From: Candidatus Latescibacterota bacterium
GTDB lineage: Bacteria > Latescibacterota > UBA2968 > UBA8231
Assembly: GCA_965243025.1 (NCBI GenBank)
Contig: CBDETY010000003.1
Coordinates: 3,968,001 to 4,032,000, forward strand
Direction of reading: 5' to 3'
Length of the DNA: 64,000 nucleotides
The stretch's first letter is position 1; each line of letters begins with the position of its first letter. The position numbers and the translations under genes were made by a program. Shown here in pieces: positions 27,212-35,576 of this stretch. The notes under the pieces were generated by a model, which saw only the letters and a program-made list of their open reading frames with translations, was not told the origin of the DNA and ran no database searches.

Positions 27212-27706
27212 GGGCGAATGGTAACCACGGGTTCCTGTTTCCGGGGGGAAGAAGCGCAAGTCCGCTCCACATGGGAATGGGGCGGCGGTCGGCCCGGCGA
27301 ATAGTAACGAGGGCACATGGGGGCGGCAACGGACCGGGAAGCCGGGAACCCTGTCACAACCCGGGGGAGCGCAGGTCTCCTGCCATTCCCCGTGCACCGG
27401 CGCGACAGGGGAAATGTGACCCCGACTCCCGAATTATCAATACAACTGTGGAGTTGTATCCCAAAAAATCGCAGGTGAACTGACCGGCTTGCGCGGCCCG
27501 GTGGCGACGGCTATTCGGGTCCGGTAATCCGGTTTGTTTCAAATAGGGCGGTTGTCGGAGGTCCGGTCGAGCGCAAGATTACTCCGGTAAAATCCGCTGC
27601 AGTCGGCAGTACCACCCACCCCGGCGCCTTTCCAATGAACTGCCTCCCGACCATCGCGACGCTGTTACCCCGGCAATCTTCAACCAGGTCTTCCCGGCCA
27701 GCCATC

Positions 27707-28930
27707 ATGGCCCCCTGCTTCCTCCGGCATGCCGTGGCGGCGGCGTTAATGCCCATTCTCCTTGTCCCGACCCCCGCGCTCGGGGACCCGGAGGGAGCCG
27801 GCGGCGCCGGAGTTTCCGGGGAAACAGAAGCCCGGGAGCTGTACGAGAGCGCGTTCCGGGCCCTCGCCGACGGGCGGTATGGAACGGCTTACGGCTACCT
27901 GAACGACCTGACCGCGAGGTATCCCCGAACCCTGTTCGCCCCCATCGCCGCCGAGCGCAAGAGACGCCTGGAAGAGCTGGGGCTGCATCTGGCCGGCCGC
28001 GGACCCGGCGACCGGGAGGGCCGCACCGGCGCGCTCGTGTACGGAACCCTCTACTCCACCTGGCTGGGGGTGGGCACCGCCATCGTCGCCGGTGCCGACT
28101 CCGACCGGGCCCTGGCTGCGGGCATGATGACCGGGGCCCCCGCCGGCCTGGCCGCCACCCATCTCCTGACCCGGGGCCGGGCCCTGAGTCCGGGGCAGGG
28201 AGCCCTCGTCCGGCTCGGGGGTCTCTGGGGCACCTGGCAGGGGTTCGGATGGACCGCCGCTTCCGCAGACGAACCCTCCGAGCGGCGGCTGACCGCGTTT
28301 TCGATGGCCGGTGGACTGGCCGGCATCGCCGGCAGTGCGGCGATCACACGCGTTTTCGACCTCAGCACGGGCGACGCCAGTCTTCTCGACTTCGGGGGTA
28401 TCTGGGGAACGTGGTTCGGTTTCTGCCTCTCGGTCATGGCCGAAGCGGACGACAACGCGGTTTTGAAGAGTTCCCTGACAGGTGGGAACCTCGGCCTCGC
28501 CGCCGTGGCGATGCTGGTCCCCCGGGTCGGGCTGACCCGGGAGCAGGCCCGCCTGATCAACCTCGGGGGAGTGGCGGGCACTTTCATGGCCACCGGCATC
28601 GTCGGCCTGCTCGCCCTGGGAGGCAGCTTCGAAAACGCCACGGTGCCCATGGGCATCATAACGGCGGGAGGAATCGCCGGTCTCTGGTCCGGTTTCGCGA
28701 TCAGGCAGCGGGAGCTCCCATCCGGAGCCTTCTCCCGGGGCAGGGCTCGATTGTTGTCGAAATGGGGCGGGCCGGCCCCTGGCCGGCAAAGCTCACCGAT
28801 GGCAGTGGAATGGGGTGGGGGTGTACATGCCCCTCGGTTCCCTGCCCCCGCTGACGGCAGGTTGGCAGGGGGACCCCGGTCGCATCCCCAGGCGGCCCTT
28901 CGCGCGGTTCTGCTGACAGTCAGGTTCTGA
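27707..28930 (+). CDS. Exported Gly/Ala-rich multi-helix membrane protein with N-terminal TPR/BamD-like helix pair (paralog 1)
   Basis: Signal-like N-terminus (start uncertain, 27635-27749); LYESA..AL..GRY..A TPR; repeats YGTLYSTWLG, LGGLWGTWQG, FGGIWGTWFG, LGGVAG; ends ...VRF. Confidence 0.6.
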   Translation: MAPCFLRHAVAAALMPILLVPTPALGDPEGAGGAGVSGETEARELYESAFRALADGRYGTAYGYLNDLTARYPRTLFAPIAAERKRRLEELGLHLAGRGPGDREGRTGALVYGTLYSTWLGVGTAIVAGADSDRALAAGMMTGAPAGLAATHLLTRGRALSPGQGALVRLGGLWGTWQGFGWTAASADEPSERRLTAFSMAGGLAGIAGSAAITRVFDLSTGDASLLDFGGIWGTWFGFCLSVMAEADDNAVLKSSLTGGNLGLAAVAMLVPRVGLTREQARLINLGGVAGTFMATGIVGLLALGGSFENATVPMGIITAGGIAGLWSGFAIRQRELPSGAFSRGRARLLSKWGGPAPGRQSSPMAVEWGGGVHAPRFPAPADGRLAGGPRSHPQAALRAVLLTVRF

Positions 28931-28939
28931 ACGGAAGCC

Positions 28940-30082
28940 ATGCTCTCGAAAGGGTGGGCGATCCCGGTACTGTGGGCGGTCTTCTGGCTGCCGTGCCAGC
29001 TCTGCGCTCAGCGGGATGGGGAGCAGCCCGAGGTTCTGGAAGCCAGGATCCTGTACGAGGCCGCGGCCGGACTGACGGACCGGGGGGAGTACGACAAGGC
29101 CCTGCGGCGCCTCGACTGGATCTCCGCGGAGTACGGAGAAAGTGCGTACGCCGCCCTGGCCCTCCAGAAGCAGAAGGAGATCCGCCGCATGGAGAGCGTC
29201 GAGATCGCCATCAGCCCCCCCGCCAGGGTGGGGCTGACCGTCTTCGGAACCGTGTACGCGACCTGGGTCGGCATCGGCGCCGGCATCCTGGTCGAGTCGG
29301 AGGAGCTGGTCTACCTGGGGATGATCGGCGGACCCGTCGTCGGCATGATGACCTCTCTCGACCGGACCCGGGAAGCACCGGTCGGCAACGGGCAGGCTTC
29401 CCTGCTCGCCCTCGGCGGAGCCTGGGGGACCTGGCAGGGTATCGGAGCGGCGGTCCTGGCCGGCAGCGGCTACAAGACCGTGGTCGGGGCGAGCATGGGC
29501 GGGGGCGCCCTCGGGTTCGCGGCCGCCTCTTCCATCGTGCGCCGGACCTGGGTGACCGCCGGCGAGGCGACCCTGGTCAACTTCGGGGGGATATGGGGCG
29601 CGTGGTTCGCCCTGTGCGCCGCAAGGAGCCTGGGGGTTACGGACAGCGACGCGCTCCTCGCCAGCGCCATGGCCGGGGGGAACTTGGGTCTGCTGAAAAT
29701 GGGAGCCCTCGCTCCCCGTCTCGGGATGAGCGGAGAACGGGCGCGGCTGATCAATCTCGGCGGCATCGTCGGCTCCCTGTACGGACTGGGAACCGCGGTC
29801 CTGGCCGACCTCCACAACCGGGAGCCTCCCACCTACGGCATGATGCTGGCAGGGGGGATCCTCGGGCTCGGAGCCGGGACCTGGTTCACCCGGAACCACG
29901 AGGCGACGCAGGAGTTTTTCGCCTCGAGGGACCCGGGCGGTTCTTCGAGACCCGGACCGGACTTTTCGGGCCCGGGCCTGCCCGTGCCGGGGTTGCTTCC
30001 TTCCCCGGGGGCAGTTGGCGGGGACGGGATGGGGACGCCGGCTCTTGAAGTCAGGATGGAACTGGCGAGCCTCCGCTTCTGA
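28940..30082 (+). CDS. Exported Gly/Ala-rich multi-helix membrane protein with N-terminal TPR/BamD-like helix pair (paralog 2)
   Basis: Signal peptide; TPR LYEAA..L..RGEY..A; repeats FGTVYATWVG, LGGAWGTWQG, FGGIWGAWFA, LGGIVG; ends ...LRF. Confidence 0.65.
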   Translation: MLSKGWAIPVLWAVFWLPCQLCAQRDGEQPEVLEARILYEAAAGLTDRGEYDKALRRLDWISAEYGESAYAALALQKQKEIRRMESVEIAISPPARVGLTVFGTVYATWVGIGAGILVESEELVYLGMIGGPVVGMMTSLDRTREAPVGNGQASLLALGGAWGTWQGIGAAVLAGSGYKTVVGASMGGGALGFAAASSIVRRTWVTAGEATLVNFGGIWGAWFALCAARSLGVTDSDALLASAMAGGNLGLLKMGALAPRLGMSGERARLINLGGIVGSLYGLGTAVLADLHNREPPTYGMMLAGGILGLGAGTWFTRNHEATQEFFASRDPGGSSRPGPDFSGPGLPVPGLLPSPGAVGGDGMGTPALEVRMELASLRF

Positions 30083-30340
30083 GAGCCAGGATCCCGAGCC
30101 GTATTCGCGGCCGTAACCGGACAGCGAGCCAAGGGGGCAGGCAGGATCGCCGGGCGGCCCTCGCTGAACCCCCAAAGATCGCAGCCGTGAGAGGGAGCAC
30201 CGAAGTAGCCCGGACCCGGGCCTCGGTCCCGGGCCGTAACGCCAGCGGAACCGAAGGAACTGCGGACCGGCGTATCGAATCGGCGCTTCCGGCCCCGCTT
30301 GCTCCGGGTCCGTGTCAGGCGCCGTACAAATCGAATAAAA

Positions 30341-31201
30341 TCAGCCGCTGACCGGGCCGGCGGCCATGATCCCGTCCCACTGCTCGACGCCGGTGCAGAC
30401 CGTGTCCGGGTCGGCGGCGCTGCGGGCGATGAAGCCGGGGACGCTGTCGCGCCCGGTCGGCATGGCCGGGTCGCTGTAGCGCAGGTCGAGGCTCCAGCGG
30501 ATGTGGTCGGAGCGGTTGGGGATGGAGCGGTGCAGGGTCTTGTGCATGATCAGCAGCACGCCGCCGACGGCGATCTCGCACGGGACCTGCTCCCCCGGGG
30601 GCAGGTGCTCGTCGGGGATCCCCTTGAAGTTGCCCGCCGGCCCCATGCCGTGCTCGTGCGGGATCAGGGGGGCCCTGTGGCTGCCGGCGATCACCTCCAT
30701 GCAGCCGTTCTCGCGGGTCGCGTCGACCATCGGGATCCAGAAGTTCACCATGAAGGTGTCCGAGGCGTCGGGCTGCAGGTAGCCGAGATCCTGGTGCCAG
30801 GGCACGACCCCCTCGTCCTGGCCGGGGAGCTTGGCGCGCAGGTTGAACTGGGGGTGGGCGAGGATTTCCGGGCCGATGACGGACTCGACGATGTCGAGGA
30901 TGGCCGGGGCGGTGACGATCTCGAACATGCCCGGGGTGCGCAGCTTGCCGTGAAACGGCCGCAGCAGTTCCTCGGGGTGGCCGAGCGCCTCGGCGACGCG
31001 GGCGAGACGGCGGGAGAACGGCTCGTTCTCGAACAGGTCGTCGAGGCGACCCTCCGCCCGGGCACCCTCCGCTCCCGCCGATACCATCCCGTCGAGCTCC
31101 CCTTTCAGGGCGTCGAACAGGGAGGGGTCGAACACCTCCTCGATCAGCAGGTAGCCCTGCTGTTTGTAAAGGTCGAGCTGTCGTTCGGTCAGTCCCGGCA
31201 T
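30341..31201 (-). CDS. PhyH family Fe(II)/2OG dioxygenase
   Basis: Start ATG 31201; YKQQGYL; PWHQD; NGCMEVIAGSH; LHRSIPN; RWSLDLRY. Confidence 0.9.
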   Translation of the reverse strand: MPGLTERQLDLYKQQGYLLIEEVFDPSLFDALKGELDGMVSAGAEGARAEGRLDDLFENEPFSRRLARVAEALGHPEELLRPFHGKLRTPGMFEIVTAPAILDIVESVIGPEILAHPQFNLRAKLPGQDEGVVPWHQDLGYLQPDASDTFMVNFWIPMVDATRENGCMEVIAGSHRAPLIPHEHGMGPAGNFKGIPDEHLPPGEQVPCEIAVGGVLLIMHKTLHRSIPNRSDHIRWSLDLRYSDPAMPTGRDSVPGFIARSAADPDTVCTGVEQWDGIMAAGPVSG

Positions 31202-31269
31202 GTTGTCGTCTCCTCGAGCTCTGGGTCCGCGCGCCAAAGTAACCGCGGAACGGGGCGCGCGGGAACCGG

Positions 31270-32220
31270 TCAGGGCAGCGGTCCCTCGATCCGGTCGACG
31301 AGCTCTATGGTGTGGATCACGTCGCGCAGATCGGTCAGGGGCACGCTGCCGTTTTCGATGCAGTCGATGAAGTGCTCGTGCAGGGTGAGGGTGCCCTCGT
31401 AGGCCCGCACGTCCTCTTCGGGGACGCCGTCGACCTCCCAGCCCCCCATGACGGTGGTCTCGCCGTCCTCGACGATCTCGATCTCCCCGGGGATCTTCAT
31501 GTAGCAGCCGATGCCGACGCCGTGCAGCTCGGAGCGCAGCACGCGGCCGCCCGAGGCGCGGTTGCCGAAGACCACCCCGGTGGCGCCGCTGTCGAAGCGG
31601 ATCATCGAAGTGTAGCAGTTGCGGCTGCGGCTGCCGAAAGAATCGCGGTAGGCCTTGACCTCGAGCGGCTCGCCGCCGGCCATGTGGCGCAGCAGGTCGA
31701 CGACGTGGACGACGTCGTCCCACAGGGTGGTGCTGAACTCGCGGCCGTCGCCGTCGAGGATCTGCTTGTTGAAGGTGACGCTGGCGACCGACACCGGCCC
31801 CTTCGCGGCGACGCGGCGCACGGCCTCGCGGTTGACCGCGGCGTAGCGGCGCTGCAGGCCGACGGTGCAGAAGACGTCGTTGGCGACCGCGGCGTCGAGC
31901 ATCTGCCGGGTCTCGGCGCTGTTGGCCCCCGGGGGCTTTTCGATGAACAGGTGCTTGCCGGCGTTGAGGCAGTCGAGGGCCGGGCGCAGCAGCCACCTCT
32001 CGTGCATGACGCAGTAGACGACGTCGAGGTCGACGGTGGCCAGCATCTCGCGGTGGTCGCTGAAGGTCCTTTCGAAGCCGTACTCGTCGACGACCAGCTT
32101 CATGCGCTCCGGGTCGAGCTCGCATACGGCGACGATGTCGACGCCGTCGAGGCGGGCGAGGGCGGGGTAGTGGGCGCTGCGGGCGCGGCCGCCGGCGCCG
32201 ATGAATCCTGCTTTCAGCAT
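31270..32220 (-). CDS. Gfo/Idh/MocA family oxidoreductase
   Basis: GFIGAGG; GKHLFIEKP; DDVVHVVD. Confidence 0.88.
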   Translation of the reverse strand: MLKAGFIGAGGRARSAHYPALARLDGVDIVAVCELDPERMKLVVDEYGFERTFSDHREMLATVDLDVVYCVMHERWLLRPALDCLNAGKHLFIEKPPGANSAETRQMLDAAVANDVFCTVGLQRRYAAVNREAVRRVAAKGPVSVASVTFNKQILDGDGREFSTTLWDDVVHVVDLLRHMAGGEPLEVKAYRDSFGSRSRNCYTSMIRFDSGATGVVFGNRASGGRVLRSELHGVGIGCYMKIPGEIEIVEDGETTVMGGWEVDGVPEEDVRAYEGTLTLHEHFIDCIENGSVPLTDLRDVIHTIELVDRIEGPLP

Positions 32221-32477
32221 GGGCGGGTCCTCTGAGGCGGGTTCGGCGGCAAAAGAACGCCAAGCCCCGGAGTGGTGGCAACGCGCGGGAGCCTGTGTAT
32301 TTTCGCCCCTGTGAACGGCTTCGCCTTCCGCCGCGATTCTCGCGCGACCAGTGGAACCACCGGGTGCCCGACGCCCTGACCGGCGACGAGGCGACGCCGC
32401 CCTGCCTCAGCAACAACCACCACTCGGCGAGCCGATCCCGAGGTTCAGGCCCCGCCCCCGCGAAGAAAGGAGATCCC

Positions 32478-33377
32478 GTGGACAACCCGACCGGCAGATG
32501 GAGATGCGTCCTCGAGCTCGACGCCGCCCGCAACCTCTCCGGCGGCAGCGAGAAGGCCCTCGCCGAAGCGGTCGGCGCCGGCCAGGACCTGCGCATCTAC
32601 ACCGAGTTCCGCCACAACGAGCACATCGACGTCACCTCCGACAGCGACGAACTCGTCCAGGAAGTCGCCGAATTCCGCGTCACCTACCTCGTCGACGGCC
32701 GCTGGGCCGCCGGGATCATGAGCCTGCGGCAGCCGGTGGAGCTTCCTGTGGGCTTCGGGCCGCGCCCGTCGATGTCCTTCTTCCTCTACAACCAGGACGG
32801 CGGCCAGGCGATAGCCCGGCCCCATCTCGACGGAGAAATCGCGCGCGGCGGACCCGGACCCTCCGAGCCTCAGTCGCCGGGTGGCATGCCGAAGTACCAC
32901 GCGCAGGACAGCTGGGACACCGGCACCAACGCCCCGAGCTACAACTTCGTCTACGACTTCGACCGCTTCCGTTTCAACGTCAGCGACCGCTGGCGGCAGG
33001 TGCTCGCCCACGAGGCCGGCGGCCGCGTCACCGGGGGCTCGGTCACCGAGCTCGCCGACGCGTTCGCGCGGGGCAGCGCCGTCAAGGTCGGCATCGAGGG
33101 CGTGTGCGCCGACCTCGGCGGCGGCATGCGGCACGAGCTCTTCGTCGAAACCCACTCCTGCTACTACTACACGGACCGGCGGCTGTTCATCGCCGGCACC
33201 CAGCCGGTGATCCGGGTGCGGCCCGCTGTCCCGATGCGCTACGAGTCCGGCAACTGGGACTTCGGCTGGCTCGTCGTGCGCACCGACGGCGCCGTCGCCT
33301 TCCGTCGCTGCGACCCGTACAGCCTGGGCTTCGAGGACCGCGAGCTCAGGTGCGGGATGCGCTGGTTCGTAGCCTGA
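32478..33377 (+). CDS. Hypothetical protein built from two homologous repeats
   Basis: GTG 32478 after AAGGAG; strong GC3 codon bias; WRCVLELD..R...GGS..LAEA...G..LRI repeated as WRQVLAHE..G...GGS..LADA...G..VKV. Confidence 0.7.
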   Translation: MDNPTGRWRCVLELDAARNLSGGSEKALAEAVGAGQDLRIYTEFRHNEHIDVTSDSDELVQEVAEFRVTYLVDGRWAAGIMSLRQPVELPVGFGPRPSMSFFLYNQDGGQAIARPHLDGEIARGGPGPSEPQSPGGMPKYHAQDSWDTGTNAPSYNFVYDFDRFRFNVSDRWRQVLAHEAGGRVTGGSVTELADAFARGSAVKVGIEGVCADLGGGMRHELFVETHSCYYYTDRRLFIAGTQPVIRVRPAVPMRYESGNWDFGWLVVRTDGAVAFRRCDPYSLGFEDRELRCGMRWFVA

Positions 33378-33549
33378 GCTTCGACTGCTGCCTTTTGCGT
33401 TCTGCTGCCTGTGATGGCCCCCCGGGTACCCCAAAATGCCAGCCTTTCGAGCCGCTGTTTGGCGGCCCACCTGCGCAACCGCCATGCAGCACACTTCCGT
33501 CCGGGACTCGGAGGAACTTCATGACCCTGAGCGTTTCCGGGTTTCAACC

Positions 33550-33583
33550 AAAAAAGCCGCCGGGAATCGCCACCCGGCGGCTT
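33550..33583 (-). terminator. Intrinsic terminator downstream of the Rpn-like gene
   Basis: AAAAAAGCCGCCGGG-aatcgcca-CCCGGCGGCTT; U-tract on the minus strand. Confidence 0.75.
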
Positions 33584-33674
33584 ACCAACGACTGCTGCTC
33601 GAGCAGCAGGATTTCTGACTTGTCCCCTACCGCCATCAGGCGGCAATGACGCAATAGCAATTCAGTTCCCCCCC

Positions 33675-34334
33675 TTAACCGCCCTCCTGCTCCGCAGCCT
33701 CCACCAGTTTCCGGAATTCCTCCAGGCTGGCCACTTGGATCGCCGTCCGGAGCAACCGCTTGAGGCGTTGCACGTCATTGATAGCCGCAACGAGGGGGGC
33801 TGAAGTGTCCGCCGCGCCGAGACCGAACCGAATCTCCAGCACGTCGCGGATACTTTCCCGGAGCCCTTGCTCAATGCCTTCCTCTCTGGCCTGTTGGGTG
33901 AGGTATTGAGCAAAAGACGATTCGCGCAGGATATCCATGACGCCCTCCCTGGAGATAAGATCAGTAATGGTTCCCGACCCGTAAACCAACCCGCTCAGAC
34001 CGGAATCCCTTCTGCCGGCATTGGGGCGCAGGTAGAGGACGCTGGAAAAAACCGGCAGGCCATGGCGTTCAATGGCGCGCCCGATATAGCCGGCCATGCG
34101 TCTCGGCATAGGGACCAGGGTGCTGTCGGTGGTTTGAAATTCCGTGTGGACCAAAACCTCCTCCCCGTCAATACGTACGCGAAGGGTGCTATCGGTTCGA
34201 GAGGTTTGCGGAGTGGGCTGCTCGTTGTCGAGCAGTTCCAGGACTTCGACGTCGTCTCGACCGAGAGTGAAACGAGCGAAATCTCCGGGATAGGTCTGAA
34301 CCAGGTATTTGGAGATGGTGTCGAAGTCTGCCAT
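33675..34334 (-). CDS. Rpn/YhgA-like PD-(D/E)xK protein, apparently internally deleted
   Basis: Start ATG 34334; FDTISKYL, RTDS, HTEFQT, MPRRMAGY, VLYL; C-terminal ESS..QY..REEGIEQG...LEIRFG; the central helical region looks missing. Confidence 0.6.
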   Translation of the reverse strand: MADFDTISKYLVQTYPGDFARFTLGRDDVEVLELLDNEQPTPQTSRTDSTLRVRIDGEEVLVHTEFQTTDSTLVPMPRRMAGYIGRAIERHGLPVFSSVLYLRPNAGRRDSGLSGLVYGSGTITDLISREGVMDILRESSFAQYLTQQAREEGIEQGLRESIRDVLEIRFGLGAADTSAPLVAAINDVQRLKRLLRTAIQVASLEEFRKLVEAAEQEGG

Positions 34335-34601
34335 CCGGTCCTTCGGCTTTGGCATGACCTGATACATGCGGCCAACATGTTGGCCAGGGTGGCGGGTTTC
34401 GTGATGCTTCCACAATCAAACCCCCTGAATACATGACGGGGCAGGAAGGTGAATGGATAACAGTCCTGCCCGATACACGCCTCGCCCTGCGGTCCCGACC
34501 GGGTTCTGTCCCATGGCATTCGCAGCCGCCGGAGGACTTCCCGAAATTCCCGAAAGGGATCGCTCCCCTCTTCCACCTCATCGCACCTCACCACGGACTC
34601 C

Positions 34602-35540
34602 ATGGCTGAACAACGATCGCATACCGACGACTCCTTCCCGGCGATGACCCCGGCGCAGCGGCTGTACTTCGAGGTCAACGGCTACGTCGTCATCGAGAAC
34701 ACCCTTTCGGCGGCCGAGTGCGAGGAGCTGCTGGACGCCCTGGAGGAGCTGCGCGCCCGCTTCGGGGCCGAGGAGAACCCCGCCGAAGCGGTGATCGACG
34801 GCGCCCTCGCCGAGACCTGGAAACCGCCGCACTACTTCTGCTGGGGCCACCTCCTCCAGGCGCACCCGGCGTTCTGCCGCTACCTCACCCACCCCCGGCT
34901 CGTCGCCCTCGTCGAGGAGGTGATCGGCGGCAAGGTGCGGCTCGACGAGTCCGCGGCCATCGTCAACCGCCGCCTCCCGGACTTCGACCCCCGGGTCCGG
35001 TTCCGCTACCAGTGGCATCGCGGCGGCCAGCCCGGCTTCGACAGCTACACCTACGGCGGTCTCTACCACTGCACCTTCGTCAAGACCCTGACCAACCTCA
35101 GGGACCTCGGCCCGGAGGACGGGGGCACCGCCGTCATCGCCGGCAGCCACAAGCTCAACTGCAGCGAGGACGACATGGTCGGAGCCGCGTACGACGATCC
35201 CGCCCTCGTCCACCAGGTGGCGGCCCCGGCCGGGTCGACCCTCGTGATGTGCGAAACCCTGATCCACGCCACCGGGCAGAACCGGGGGGAGAAGGAGCGC
35301 GCCATCATCATCGGCGGGTACTCGCATCCCAAGGACATGGCGATGGCCGGGTGGGAGCCGACCCCGGAGTTCCTCGATGCCCAGCCCGAAGAGGTCAGGG
35401 AGCTGCTTGCCGGCCGCCCGTTCTGGACCTGGCCGGAACGCCACCGCAGGCTCGGCACCCCTGCCGGCGCCGGCGGCGCCTACAAACCGCGCATGTGGTC
35501 GGTCTCCCACAGCGACAGCCGCTGGAACGAACCCTCCTGA
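34602..35540 (+). CDS. PhyH family Fe(II)/2OG oxygenase with HxG motif (candidate halogenase)
   Basis: FEVNGYVVIEN; WHRGG at 35013-35027; GGTAVIAGSHK; LIHAT; ERAII. Confidence 0.8.
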   Translation: MAEQRSHTDDSFPAMTPAQRLYFEVNGYVVIENTLSAAECEELLDALEELRARFGAEENPAEAVIDGALAETWKPPHYFCWGHLLQAHPAFCRYLTHPRLVALVEEVIGGKVRLDESAAIVNRRLPDFDPRVRFRYQWHRGGQPGFDSYTYGGLYHCTFVKTLTNLRDLGPEDGGTAVIAGSHKLNCSEDDMVGAAYDDPALVHQVAAPAGSTLVMCETLIHATGQNRGEKERAIIIGGYSHPKDMAMAGWEPTPEFLDAQPEEVRELLAGRPFWTWPERHRRLGTPAGAGGAYKPRMWSVSHSDSRWNEPS

Positions 35541-35576
35541 AGCGGTCGACAGCGCTGCCCACCGCCTGGACGGTGC

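Noticed and set aside
30083-30340. Structured ncRNA in the convergent intergenic gap
   Set aside because: Only short GC-rich hairpins and a repeated GGCCGTAAC; no recognisable RNA family. An Rfam/covariation search would be needed.
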